In this document: positions 9,661-18,999 of the stretch, piece after piece
How positions within the stretch are numbered: the stretch's first letter is position 1
Layout of the letters: each line of letters begins with the position of its first letter
Source: Myxococcota bacterium
GTDB lineage: Bacteria > Myxococcota > XYA12-FULL-58-9 > JALHOP01
Assembly (NCBI GenBank): GCA_022842935.1
Contig: JALHOP010000011.1
Span: forward strand, 90,206 to 154,205
DNA length: 64,000 nucleotides
Reading direction: 5' to 3'
The notes under the pieces: model-generated
Told to the model about the DNA's origin: nothing
What the model saw: the letters and a program-made list of their open reading frames with translations, nothing else
Database searches by the model: none
Position numbers and translations under genes: made by a program

Positions 9661-9879
9661 ATGGCCGAGTTGCATGCAACGTGGCAGCGCACGTACGACG
9701 GTATCGTGGCGTCCTGCGCGACGCGTCACCCCGCCGACCGCGCATCCGCCATCCAGCACGCCGCGCGTAGCGCTGGACTACCGGCCACTTACACCGAACA
9801 CGTTTACGGCAACATCAGCCGACAGGGTGGCGTGAACTGGTACACCCACGACGAGCTCGTGCGCGGCAAACGCAAGTAA
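9661..9879 (+). CDS. Small hypothetical protein
   Basis: ORF 9622..9879 trimmed to the ATG at 9661 (MAELHATWQRTYDG...). GC3-rich codons. No recognisable domain. Confidence 0.3.
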   Translation: MAELHATWQRTYDGIVASCATRHPADRASAIQHAARSAGLPATYTEHVYGNISRQGGVNWYTHDELVRGKRK

Positions 9880-9984
9880 AGCCGCATCGCCAGGGTCCCC
9901 CTCCCGCAGCGAACGAACGATCGTGGAACCTTGCACCTCCGCGTGCTAACGTCGCGATCTCATTAAAGCTCAGGGAGACCTGCA

Positions 9985-10389
9985 ATGGCAGTCTTGAAGC
10001 GCGACGAGGCGTACAATCCCGACCTCAACATCAATGACGTGCACACCATCCTCGGCCCCGAGAGCAGCTTCGAGGGCAAGTTGGTGTTCGACGGCACCGT
10101 CCGCATCGACGGCCGGTTCAAGGGCGAGATTCAGACCAACAACGTCCTGGTCGTCGGTCAGGGCGCCCATGTCGAGGCGACCATCGCGGTCGGCAGCGTG
10201 ATCATCAATGGCGACGTCGTCGGCGACGTGACCGCGAAACAATCGGTCGAGATCCACTCCCCCGGTCGCCTGCGCGGCAACGTCTCCACCCCCCAGCTCA
10301 TGATCGCAAAGGGCGTCATGTTCGACGGGACCTGCCGTATGCAGGACAAGACCGCGGCTCCCGTCACCCTCATCAAAGACGACAAATAA
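9985..10389 (+). CDS. Bactofilin (polymer-forming cytoskeletal protein, DUF583)
   Basis: 134 aa. The beta-helical repeat signature reads FEGKLVFDGTVRIDGRFKGEI..VLVVGQGAHVEATI.VGSVIINGDVVGDVTA.QSVEIHSPGRLRGNV. Confidence 0.85.
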   Translation: MAVLKRDEAYNPDLNINDVHTILGPESSFEGKLVFDGTVRIDGRFKGEIQTNNVLVVGQGAHVEATIAVGSVIINGDVVGDVTAKQSVEIHSPGRLRGNVSTPQLMIAKGVMFDGTCRMQDKTAAPVTLIKDDK

Positions 10390-10476
10390 TCCGTTTGGCC
10401 GCGTCCGAGCGCGGCAGATCCGCCGTGGTCGAACGGGCGAGCGACGCAACATAGCGCGCCCCGAAGGGGCCTGGTC

Positions 10477-11265
10477 ATGAGTGATCCCAAGACGGTCTTC
10501 GCACGACACGTCGCCCGTATCGTCGCGGGTGGGCTCATGCCCGAGCGGGCGCGGCGCCTCGACGCGCTCGACCTGTCCTGCGGGCGCGGCGACGTGCTCC
10601 TCGAGGTCGCAGGTCGTCTGCCCGCGGGCTCGCGCGTCGTCGGTGTCTGTGACGACCGCGCCCAGCTCGATGCGTTGCACGCGCGACTCATGATCATCCA
10701 GGGACACCACGCGATCTTTCCACGGCACGAGCAACTCGATCGCCTCCCGTTCGCCGACTGTGTTTTCGATCGCGTCTGGGCGGGGCTCGCGAGTACGAGC
10801 CTCGAGCCGCTGCGGCCGGTGCTGCGTCAGGCCTTGAGGGTCCTACGTCCGGGCGGGCAACTCATCATCGTGGCGCTCTTGCGCGACACCTTGATGGACC
10901 TCATGCGGATCGCGAGCCTCTTCATGAACAACCACGAGGACTCGGTGCGTATGCGACCCCTCGCGCTCGACCACGCACGCGCCCTCGACCGCGCAGGCTG
11001 GGAGGACGCCGTCCGCAAAAGCGGAGCGACGCAGGTCGACACCTCGACCCATCACTTCGAGATCGAGGTGGGGACGCCCATCGCGAGCGACCCCGTTCTC
11101 CTCGAGAGCATCGTACCCGTCTGGCTGGGGCCAGACGCCAAGACCAACGGCGAGACCCTCCACTATCTGAACGGGTTCGTGAACGAGCCCTTCATCTTGC
11201 CGATCAGCATGGTCCGCATCGTCTGCCAGCGGGGTGAAGCACCTCCGCTGGCCGCGATCGGGTGA
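10477..11265 (+). CDS. Class I SAM-dependent methyltransferase-like protein
   Basis: 262 aa. Motif I is ALDLSCGRGDVLLEV and the post-motif is VLRPGGQLIIV. Substrate unknown. Confidence 0.6.
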   Translation: MSDPKTVFARHVARIVAGGLMPERARRLDALDLSCGRGDVLLEVAGRLPAGSRVVGVCDDRAQLDALHARLMIIQGHHAIFPRHEQLDRLPFADCVFDRVWAGLASTSLEPLRPVLRQALRVLRPGGQLIIVALLRDTLMDLMRIASLFMNNHEDSVRMRPLALDHARALDRAGWEDAVRKSGATQVDTSTHHFEIEVGTPIASDPVLLESIVPVWLGPDAKTNGETLHYLNGFVNEPFILPISMVRIVCQRGEAPPLAAIG

Positions 11266-11269
11266 GCTC

Positions 11270-12109
11270 TCAGGCCGTGACTGCGACAGTGGTGCTCGAC
11301 CGCTGTTTGCGCAAATAAATGTAGACCGCTATCGCGGCCGCCGCGACGACAATCGAGATGTACTGCGACGTCGACAGCAAGCCGTACACGCCGCGCTCCT
11401 TGTCACCGCGGAAGAGCTCGATGATGGAACGACCGATTGGATAGATCGCGAGCCAAATGAGGAAGAGCTGTCCATGGAAGCGCTTGTACGGCCGCACCAT
11501 CAAGAGCAGCCAGAAGAGCGAGAGCTCGAAGCCGGCCTCGTAGAGCTGCGTCGGGTGCACCGGGAGCGCCGCGTCGCCCAGCTCGACCAGTCCCTGCGAT
11601 TGCTGCTGTTGGTGGGCCATGGAGGCGACGGGGAAGACGATACCCCAGGGCATCTCGGTGGGCTTACCAAAGCAGCAGCCTGCCGCAAGACAGCCCAGGC
11701 GGCCGAAGGCATGCGCCATCGCGGTGTAAGGGATCATCACGTCGACGAGCTTGAAGTAATCGAGCCGGTAGCGCCGCGCGTAATAGACGAGATAAAGCGC
11801 CGCGCCGATGAAGCCGCCATAGAACACGAGGCCGCCCCGCCAGAACATGACGATCTCGAGTGGATTGGCGAGATATTGGTCGAGCTTCGTGAAGATGAAG
11901 ACGATTCGGGAGCCAATGAGGCCGGCGAGCAACAGGTAGAACGCGAGATCGATGAGGCGATCGGGGTCCTCTCCCTCGCGACCTGCCTGGCGCGCTGCGA
12001 GTTGCATGGCCAGCAAGAAGCCCGCGGCGATCAAGATCCCGTAGACGTGGAGCGACCACGGCTCCTTGAACAGGCCAAAGAAGCTCGTCGAGAAAAGGAC
12101 CGGATGCAT
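11270..12109 (-). CDS. lgt: Prolipoprotein diacylglyceryl transferase
   Basis: 279 aa. It reads HVYGILIAAGFLLA, then FWRGGLVFYGGFIGAALY, GRLGCLAAGCCFGKPT and PWGIVFP. This is the typical Lgt signature. Confidence 0.92.
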   Translation of the reverse strand: MHPVLFSTSFFGLFKEPWSLHVYGILIAAGFLLAMQLAARQAGREGEDPDRLIDLAFYLLLAGLIGSRIVFIFTKLDQYLANPLEIVMFWRGGLVFYGGFIGAALYLVYYARRYRLDYFKLVDVMIPYTAMAHAFGRLGCLAAGCCFGKPTEMPWGIVFPVASMAHQQQQSQGLVELGDAALPVHPTQLYEAGFELSLFWLLLMVRPYKRFHGQLFLIWLAIYPIGRSIIELFRGDKERGVYGLLSTSQYISIVVAAAAIAVYIYLRKQRSSTTVAVTA

Positions 12110-12119
12110 GTGCTCGCCC

Positions 12120-12746
12120 CTACCGGCTCGGCGCCCGCGACTCGGCGGTGACCTTGGCTCGCTCGCGCGGCTTGTGGAACAACATATCAGCGGCCATGAT
12201 CACGACACCGACCGTTATCGCGGAATCGGCGACATTGAAGGTCGGCCAGGTGAAGCGGCTGTACCAGTGCCAATCGATGAAATCGATCACGTATCCAAGG
12301 CGCACGCGGTCGAAGAAATTCCCGAGCGCCCCGCCGAAGACGAGACCCAAGGCGAGCCGTAAGGCGCGTTGCTGCGGCTCTGTTCGGCGGAAGTAGACGA
12401 CGATGAAGACCATCGCCGCCACCGACACGAGCAAGAAGAACGGCGTGCGAAACCACTCAGGCGCATCGCGCAAGAAGCTCCAGGCGGCCCCCGGGTTCTC
12501 GGCGTAGACGAAGCTCCAGAAGCTCTCGGAGACGATGGTGCGGCCCTCGCGCACAGGGTGATGCGTGGTCAGGAACAGGCGGACCTGCTCGCCAAACCCC
12601 GGCTCGCCGGGCATCGCATTCGTGAGGTGCTTGACCACCAAGAACTTGGTGATTTGGTCGAGCACCAAGATGACAACGGCGAGCGCAGCCGCGAGGCGGG
12701 CACGCATCGACACGTAAAACGGGCGCAGGGTGCTTGGACGGTCCAT
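12120..12746 (-). CDS. lspA: Lipoprotein signal peptidase (signal peptidase II)
   Basis: 208 aa. It reads LDQITKFLV, NPGAAWSF, GGALGNFFDRVRLGYVIDFI and FNVADSAITVGVV. The start could instead be the internal ATG at 12707. Confidence 0.9.
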   Translation of the reverse strand: MDRPSTLRPFYVSMRARLAAALAVVILVLDQITKFLVVKHLTNAMPGEPGFGEQVRLFLTTHHPVREGRTIVSESFWSFVYAENPGAAWSFLRDAPEWFRTPFFLLVSVAAMVFIVVYFRRTEPQQRALRLALGLVFGGALGNFFDRVRLGYVIDFIDWHWYSRFTWPTFNVADSAITVGVVIMAADMLFHKPRERAKVTAESRAPSR

Positions 12747-12792
12747 CGAAGGTCAAGCGCTATACCCGCGCCATGGGCCTTCTAGCAACTCA

Positions 12793-14355
12793 TCAACGGG
12801 GTCTCGGGCGACGTTCTTGTCGCAGGGCGCGCTGCTCCGCCTTTCGGGCTCGGCGGGCCTCGAGCCGCCTGCGTAATGCTTCGATCCGGACCTTCCGCGT
12901 TGCAAACGCGCGCCCGAAGCGCCGACGCGGCTGGTGTGCTTCGACGGCGACATCGATGGCCTGAGCGCTGCTCGCAAGCAGCCTCGGCACCGCATCGCGG
13001 CCAACCCAGCGCTTGAGCTCAGCGGCCTCGGCCGTGATCTCGACGAAGGTCATTCCCGCACCATGCTCGCCCCGCAGCACTTCGCGCGTCACCCACGAGC
13101 CACTATTCAAGTAGTAGGCGTTCTCGCCAACGCGGCGCAGCTCGGCGAAGTGTGAATGTCCAAAGGTCACGTAGCGCGCCTGCGTCACCTCGGCGAGCCG
13201 GTGCGCCGCGCGGCGCAAGACGCCCGCGATGTCGAACCGGCGATCACGGTGACCCCGCTGAACCATACCAATGCACGCCGAGAGCACGAGGACGGCGAAG
13301 ATGAGGCCGGCCGGCCCCCCGATCACCAGCGAGACCAGGGTGCCCGCGATGGCGACCGCCGTGGCCAGGACGACGTCGAGCCAGAACACCCGGATCATCT
13401 TGATGACCGAATATTCGGCTGGCATCGCCTTCAAACCGTCCATCCGCGACAGCGTACCAACGTCGTAGGGCGAGTTGGCCGCGAGCGCGTGCAACTCGCG
13501 GCGATGCTCCTCCCATAGACCCAAGAGCTCGTGGCGACGCTTCTTGCCGGCCTGGCGCAAGAGCTCGAGCATGGCGACCAGGTAGACCTTGAAGAGCACC
13601 CAGGCCTTGCGGGGCCCCAGGGAGGCCATGAAGCGCAACGCCGACCGTCCGTCGAAGTCTTCGACTGGCTGCGCGGCGTACGAGCGCAACAGCTCGGTGA
13701 AGTACGGGATGGCTCGGTGAGCGAGCGGCATCGCCACCTCGCGGCGTGACACATCATCGTAGGGCGCGAGGTTGTACTCGAACGAGCAGAACTCGTCATA
13801 CTGGTGGCCGTGCTCGATGTGAAACCTCGAGCCTGAAACCTCGCCTGCCTCGAACCACGTTCGAAAGCGCATGCGCTCGGCGACCAGCTCAGCCGCGATG
13901 GGAGCTTGCTGCAACGACTCTTGGTGGCGATGCGCCAGACGCATCACCGCGTTGCGCAGATCGGTGCGAACCTCGCGCCAGTAGACCTCGGCGTCGTGGT
14001 TGCCCTCGATGATGGTGATGCGGTGTCCCTCGAGAAGGAAGACCGCAAGCTCGTGGAACAACGGTTCGTGAACCTTCACGATGCGCGCGAGCCGCTCGCG
14101 AATGGCGCTCGCCTGCTCGTGCCCAACCGAGGTCGCGTCACCAAGGCGGGCAAGCTTCACGAAGTCGAACATGTCGCCGTTGATAACGAGGTGCCAGGAC
14201 CCTTCGGGCGGACGGCGCTCCCGATGCGTCGCCACGAAATCGGCGAGCTCGCGGTTCAACGCGTGCACATAGTCGGCGAGCCCTGGCGCGTCCTCGTTGT
14301 AGAGGATCTCCCCAAGGTGAATGTCGCTGATCACCAGGACCCGCGCGCCGGCCAT
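12793..14355 (-). CDS. Calcineurin-like metallophosphoesterase with internal TM segments and a basic C-terminal tail
   Basis: 520 aa. It reads VLVISDIHLGE, INGDMFDF, IIEGNHD and FGHSH. There is a hydrophobic stretch VVLATAVAIAGTLVSLVIGGPAGLIFAVLVLSACIGMV. Confidence 0.7.
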   Translation of the reverse strand: MAGARVLVISDIHLGEILYNEDAPGLADYVHALNRELADFVATHRERRPPEGSWHLVINGDMFDFVKLARLGDATSVGHEQASAIRERLARIVKVHEPLFHELAVFLLEGHRITIIEGNHDAEVYWREVRTDLRNAVMRLAHRHQESLQQAPIAAELVAERMRFRTWFEAGEVSGSRFHIEHGHQYDEFCSFEYNLAPYDDVSRREVAMPLAHRAIPYFTELLRSYAAQPVEDFDGRSALRFMASLGPRKAWVLFKVYLVAMLELLRQAGKKRRHELLGLWEEHRRELHALAANSPYDVGTLSRMDGLKAMPAEYSVIKMIRVFWLDVVLATAVAIAGTLVSLVIGGPAGLIFAVLVLSACIGMVQRGHRDRRFDIAGVLRRAAHRLAEVTQARYVTFGHSHFAELRRVGENAYYLNSGSWVTREVLRGEHGAGMTFVEITAEAAELKRWVGRDAVPRLLASSAQAIDVAVEAHQPRRRFGRAFATRKVRIEALRRRLEARRARKAEQRALRQERRPRPR

Positions 14356-14420
14356 ACCTTCACGTCTACCAGGTGAATGGTTGGCCGACGACCCGAACTT
14401 GGCTGCTTTTCGAGGGGCGC

Positions 14421-15527
14421 TTAGCCTTCGGCTTCGTCGCGGTCGTCCTGCTCATCCGGCGACTGCGGGATGATGAGGAGCGGCCGGTACAGGCCGTCAC
14501 CCTGCGAACGGGTACTGACGCCGTCCATCTCTTGCAGGGTGATGTGGAAGATACGGCGATCATGCGCGCTCATCGGCGACAGACGCACCACCTTGCGTTC
14601 GGCGACCGCGCGGGTCGCAAGACGCTTGGCGAGGTCCGCCAGGGCTGCGCGGCGACGATGGCGATAGCCCGCAGCGTCGAGCACCACGTGTTGCTCGCCG
14701 TCTTCATCGCGGGCCACGATGCGATTGAGCAGGAACTGCAGCGACAGGAGGGCTTCGCCCTTCTTGCCGATGACCCGCTGCGTATCGTCACCCTTGAGGT
14801 CGAAATGAATCTCGTCCTGCTCGTCCTGGACGACGCGAACAGCAAGGCCGACGCCCATGCGCTTGACCATCTCTTCGAGAGCGGTCTTGGCGCGCTGCGC
14901 GCGGGCCGAAAGCACAGCGCTGACCTCGGGACGCTCGGGGACGTCGCTCGCAGGCACCGTGTTCATGTTGAGCAGCGATTCGATGCCGTCGTCGTCCGGT
15001 CCCCCGGGACGCGGCCCGCGACCACGGTCACGGCCGCGATCACCGCCACGACCACCACGGTCACGATCACGGTCGCCGCCACGGCCTCGGCCGCCACGAC
15101 GTCCGCGACTCCGATCGCCACCGCCGCCGCCGCCGCCACCACGGCCACCGCGGTCGCCGCCTCGGTCGGAACGCGATTCGCGACGCTCACCGCCACGCTC
15201 GCGGTCACCACCACGGTCTCGGTCGCCGCCCTGGTCACGCGACTCACCGCCGCCATCGCGGTCGGCAACGCGCTCTTCGGCGCCGTCGCGCAGCGGTCCA
15301 CGCTCGAGACGGGGACGGTCGTCACGCGGCGGACGCTCTTCCCGAGGACGCTCCTCGCGGGGCGGGCGCTCACTCGCCTCGACGGCGATGGTCACCACGC
15401 GCCCAAGGCCCTCACCGGCCTCGGAGACGACATCATATTTCAGCGCGGCGCGCGAAACGCCGAGCGCCTCACATGCCTTGATTGCGGCTTCAGCAGCGCT
15501 ACGGCCGCGGAACTCTTGACGGGGCAT
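14421..15527 (-). CDS. jag: Jag/KhpB-type RNA-binding protein (Jag_N + KH + R3H) with a long Arg/Gly/Asp-rich insert
   Basis: 368 aa. The Jag_N region is EAAIKACEALGVSRAALKYDVV. The KH region is RVIGKKGEALLSLQFLLNRIV. The R3H region is MSAHDRRIFHITLQ. It lies directly downstream of yidC as in many bacteria. Confidence 0.85.
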   Translation of the reverse strand: MPRQEFRGRSAAEAAIKACEALGVSRAALKYDVVSEAGEGLGRVVTIAVEASERPPREERPREERPPRDDRPRLERGPLRDGAEERVADRDGGGESRDQGGDRDRGGDRERGGERRESRSDRGGDRGGRGGGGGGGGDRSRGRRGGRGRGGDRDRDRGGRGGDRGRDRGRGPRPGGPDDDGIESLLNMNTVPASDVPERPEVSAVLSARAQRAKTALEEMVKRMGVGLAVRVVQDEQDEIHFDLKGDDTQRVIGKKGEALLSLQFLLNRIVARDEDGEQHVVLDAAGYRHRRRAALADLAKRLATRAVAERKVVRLSPMSAHDRRIFHITLQEMDGVSTRSQGDGLYRPLLIIPQSPDEQDDRDEAEG

Positions 15528-15613
15528 GAAACTCTCTCGCGGTGGCGCGCTGTCTAGAAGCTTTGCGCGACGTCAGGTTGTGCTTCGCAGCCTCTCGAGA
15601 ACCAGATGAATCT

Positions 15614-17266
15614 CTACGCAGGCTGGCGCCGGTTGATAGCCAGCTGCTGAAGGATGGTCAAGATGGAGTTGACCAAGATGTAAAGGACCAGGCCGGACGG
15701 CAGGGCAATCAGGAAGACGCTGAACATCACCGGCATGACGTACATCATCATCTTCATCTGCTGCGAATCCATGGTCGTTGGCGTCGTCTTCTGCTGCACG
15801 AAGGTCAACGCACCAACGCAGATCGCCATGATGGGGAAGGGCTCTGCGTGCGTGAGGTCCGAGATCCACAGAAAGGGCTGGTGATAGAGATCCACTGAGC
15901 TCCAGAGCATGCGGTAGAGCGCAAACCAGACCGGCATCTGCAGGAGCATCGGCAAGCAACCCCCAATCGGGTTCACGCCGCGCTCGCGGAACAGCTTCAT
16001 CTGCTCGAGCTGCTGGCGCTCCTTGTCGTTTTCGTACTGCTTCTTGATCTTGTCGAGCTCGGGCTTGAGCAACTGCATCTTCCGCATCGACATGACGCTG
16101 CGATACGTGACCGGGAAGAGCAGCAGCTTCACCAGGAAGGTGAGGCACATGATGGCGACACCCCACGACCCCGTCCAACCGTGGAACAGGTTCATGAGGA
16201 AGACCATTGGCCGCGCGAGAAACCCGAGCGGGATGCCCCAGAGCGAATAGTTGATCGCCTCTTTCAGGAGTGGCGAGACGCGCTCCATCTCGGAGTCGCG
16301 CTTGGGGCCAGCGTAGATCCTGAACTTGCGGACCGCTGTCTGGCCCGGAGCGATGTCACCCGCAGGCAAGAAGTAGTCAACCCAGAGGGTCTTGCCCTGC
16401 GCCTCGATGCGGCAGCGGTTCTTGCCCTCGACGTCGGGCAGCAGCGCCACCAAGAAGTACTGGCGGTCGATGCCTGCCCAGCCCGCGTTCTCCGGTGATG
16501 CGAACGCTTCGCCCTCGTCGACGTCGTTTACGGCCTTGCGCTCGACGCTGCCGTTGACGACGCAAAGACCGTGGACCTGATCGGGCGCTGGCGCGAACAT
16601 GCTGCCCTCGCCGCCGAACTGCTCGAGGCCGAAAGAGACCATCGGCGACACGGTGCGCGGAGCGCTCCCCTGATTGGTGACGCGCACCTCGTAAGCGACT
16701 TGATAGGTGTCCGCGTCTGGCGTCAGCTCGGCCACGACCGAAAACCCCTCGGCGCTCCCCGTGAGGTCGATGCGGCCCGCGGTCGGTGCAGCCGACGCGC
16801 TGAAGGGGATGGAGACGGGCTTACCGCCAACGTCGAGACGCAGTCGCGCCTGCCGCGGAGCGCCGTCCGCTTCCGCGGTCACAAGCGACACAGGCTGCTC
16901 GCGCGAACGGTCCTGCTTTACTTCTTTGCCGTCGCGCACCCAGACGGCCTCGTCGTACTTGGCGAGCTCGAACTTCGTGAACGCCGCGTCGGTGGTCGAG
17001 ACCTCGGCGCGATAAAGCGGGTTCACAACCGGCAGGCGCTTCTCTTCGTATCGCGCGGGTGCGTCCACGGCTGGCTCGGCGGCGGGCACCGGCTTCGGGT
17101 CGTTCGGCTCGATGGCCTCGCCCTTGACCGGAATGTCCTCGGCCGAACGTTGGGCGACCGGCTCCTCCGCGGGGGGAGGAGGCGAAAAGAAAAACTGCCA
17201 CACGAAGAGGATCGCCATGCAGGCGACGACTGCGGTGACGACGCGTTGCTGCTCGGTCAGCTGCAT
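15614..17266 (-). CDS. yidC: Membrane protein insertase YidC
   Basis: 550 aa. It has an N-terminal TM, a large periplasmic domain and a conserved C-terminal core (GWGVAIMCLTFLVKLLLFP..., GVNPIGGCLPMLLQMPVWFALY). It sits in the rnpA-yidD-yidC-jag context. Confidence 0.95.
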   Translation of the reverse strand: MQLTEQQRVVTAVVACMAILFVWQFFFSPPPPAEEPVAQRSAEDIPVKGEAIEPNDPKPVPAAEPAVDAPARYEEKRLPVVNPLYRAEVSTTDAAFTKFELAKYDEAVWVRDGKEVKQDRSREQPVSLVTAEADGAPRQARLRLDVGGKPVSIPFSASAAPTAGRIDLTGSAEGFSVVAELTPDADTYQVAYEVRVTNQGSAPRTVSPMVSFGLEQFGGEGSMFAPAPDQVHGLCVVNGSVERKAVNDVDEGEAFASPENAGWAGIDRQYFLVALLPDVEGKNRCRIEAQGKTLWVDYFLPAGDIAPGQTAVRKFRIYAGPKRDSEMERVSPLLKEAINYSLWGIPLGFLARPMVFLMNLFHGWTGSWGVAIMCLTFLVKLLLFPVTYRSVMSMRKMQLLKPELDKIKKQYENDKERQQLEQMKLFRERGVNPIGGCLPMLLQMPVWFALYRMLWSSVDLYHQPFLWISDLTHAEPFPIMAICVGALTFVQQKTTPTTMDSQQMKMMMYVMPVMFSVFLIALPSGLVLYILVNSILTILQQLAINRRQPA

Positions 17267-17273
17267 TGTGCTC

Positions 17274-17540
17274 TCAAGGCCTCACCGGAGGCACGAGGTC
17301 GACGCCGCCCGGGTGGTAGGGATGGCAGCGCAGGAGACGCCGGCCGGTGAGCCACAGGCCGCGACGCAGGCCGTGGACGTGAAGCGCCTCTTGCGCATAG
17401 CAAGAGCAGCTCGGATAGAAGCGGCAGCGGCCGCCAATGAAGAGGGCGAGCGTGCGCCGGTAAACGGCGATGAGGCCGATCAAGACGAGCGACAGCAACG
17501 CGTCCGCAAGCGCGAACAACCCGCGCGAGCGTGGCCGCAA
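17274..17540 (-). CDS. yidD: Membrane protein insertion efficiency factor YidD
   Basis: The C-terminal part of ORF 17274..17672 carries the YidD signature CRFYPSCSCYAQEAL..HG...G..L...RLLRCHP. The upstream part overlaps rnpA, so I place the start at the TTG at 17540, just after the rnpA stop. The start is uncertain. Confidence 0.7.
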   Translation of the reverse strand: MRPRSRGLFALADALLSLVLIGLIAVYRRTLALFIGGRCRFYPSCSCYAQEALHVHGLRRGLWLTGRRLLRCHPYHPGGVDLVPPVRP

Positions 17541-17542
17541 GT

Positions 17543-17899
17543 CTAGCGCGCTTCGCCCGTCCGCCCGGCGCGTACGAGGAGATCGCCGAGCTCGTCGCGT
17601 AACCGTGCGAAATCCGCGGCGGCCGCGGCCGGGTAGGCGATGACGACGTAGTCGAAGGACGGACTCAAACATGGGGAGTGGAGACGAGCGAGCTCGCGCA
17701 GGCGTCGCCGTACGCGATTGCGGACAACGGCGTTGCCGACTTTGCGGCTGACCGTGAAACCGACACGCGGTGGGCAGCCAGGAGGGGCATCGGGTGTCGG
17801 TAGGACGAGAACGGCGATGTGTCCGCTACGGAAGCGCCGTCCCTCGCTCTGCACGCGGACGAAATCGCGACGATCGGTGAGACGCGCGACCTGGCCCAT
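17543..17899 (-). CDS. rnpA: Ribonuclease P protein component
   Basis: 118 aa. It reads RLTDRRDFVRVQSEGRR, then GFTVSRKVGNAVVRNRVRRRLRE. It lies between rpmH and yidD. Confidence 0.9.
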   Translation of the reverse strand: MGQVARLTDRRDFVRVQSEGRRFRSGHIAVLVLPTPDAPPGCPPRVGFTVSRKVGNAVVRNRVRRRLRELARLHSPCLSPSFDYVVIAYPAAAAADFARLRDELGDLLVRAGRTGEAR

Positions 17900-17915
17900 G
17901 GCATCGCTAAACGTC

Positions 17916-18065
17916 TTACTTGCCGCTGACCTTAACCGTCAGGACCTTGCGGCCCTTGGTGCGGCGGCGCTTGAGGACCTTACGGCCGGCGGCGGTCGCC
18001 ATGCGGCTGCGGAACCCGTGCACCTTCTTGCGGCGCTTATTGTGCGGTTGAAACGTGCGCTTCAT
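17916..18065 (-). CDS. rpmH: 50S ribosomal protein L34
   Basis: Below the ORF-track length cut-off, so translated by hand. It reads [49 protein letters not shown]. This matches the universal L34 pattern, and it sits upstream of rnpA. Confidence 0.93.
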   Translation of the reverse strand: MKRTFQPHNKRRKKVHGFRSRMATAAGRKVLKRRRTKGRKVLTVKVSGK

Positions 18066-18728
18066 CGGGAGACTCCAAAAGAGCGTGGCGACTTACCTAT
18101 GTGCTCTGAATAAGTCAACGATCGATCGCCCGAGAGCAGCCCCCTCCCCTGGTCCCGCCCAACAATCTGACGGGGCGTCAGGCCCCCCCCGGTCGCCACC
18201 GGAAGAACAAAAGAACGACGAATGATGCCGGGTTGTTTCAGCCGGGGAGCCTCCGATGAGCCTCGAACCAGGTCGCGACCGCACCCCAGCAATGGGCATT
18301 CTTCGGTCTCGACGGGATGCCCCACAACGGTTGGATGCGCCCCGTTCGCCCACTCGGCAGGTTCGGCGACGGCAGCGCTAACGAACCACGCGCACAGGCA
18401 ACGACCTCTTTGGCTGTGCAGAGTGCTGCGACTGACTGCTTGTGCCCGCGGCGCCTGTCTTCTATGGCGGACGCGCATTTCCTCCCCGAGCAGCCGCAGA
18501 AGTCGTTGCGCGTTGCAATCTCTTTTTTCTCGTTTTTTTGTTGGTGGCGTGGCGACGAAAAGTACCGCGCAGACGCAACCGTACAGCCTCTCCGCGCGAT
18601 GATGCGACTTGTGTCTTGACCGTGATTTTCGCTTTGCGTAGATCGCGCCAAGCGTCGCATCCGCGTCGCACATTCGCCACAGAGGCAAGTGTCCCGTTTC
18701 GAGTTTGTCTCGCCGTTCGCGGCAAGAC

Positions 18729-18977
18729 TGTGGTTCCCATTCTGCTGTGCTCCACCATGGTGCGCAGACGGGGGCAGGGTGATCGCGTCGTTTCGACCTG
18801 TTCGTCGCACGACTTCTCAACTGCAAAGCGATCCATCCTCAACACCCTGTGGATATCTTTGTGATCCGCGTGTGAAGCGCGGTGGACAGTTGCGATTGAG
18901 TTCGCAGCTTGTGGCCGTGTTCCGCACGGTTACGACGTTTCGACGCGGAGCGCCGGGGGGCGCAAAGCTGTGGGTAG
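18729..18977 (+). promoter_or_regulatory. Cluster of five same-orientation TGTGG-type DnaA-box-like 9-mers upstream of dnaA
   Basis: The boxes are TGTGGTTCC (18729), TGTGGATAT (18848, 8/9 to TGTGGATAA), GGTGGACAG (18881), TGTGGCCGT (18910) and TGTGGGTAG (18969). All lie in the 934-bp rpmH-dnaA gap. Confidence 0.5.
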
Positions 18978-18999
18978 AGGTTGTCTCGTGAGTGAGCTC

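Noticed and set aside
14857-15519. 220-aa plus-strand ORF rich in PRS repeats
   Set aside because: It is the mirror frame of the Arg/Gly/Asp low-complexity insert in jag. The minus-strand frame carries the Jag_N, KH and R3H motifs.
18062-18864. ORFs of 86-254 aa on both strands in the rpmH-dnaA gap
   Set aside because: Their composition is Arg/Ser/Cys-rich with atypical codon usage and mutual overlaps. The region behaves as an intergenic or origin region, and the only real small gene nearby is rpmH, found by hand.
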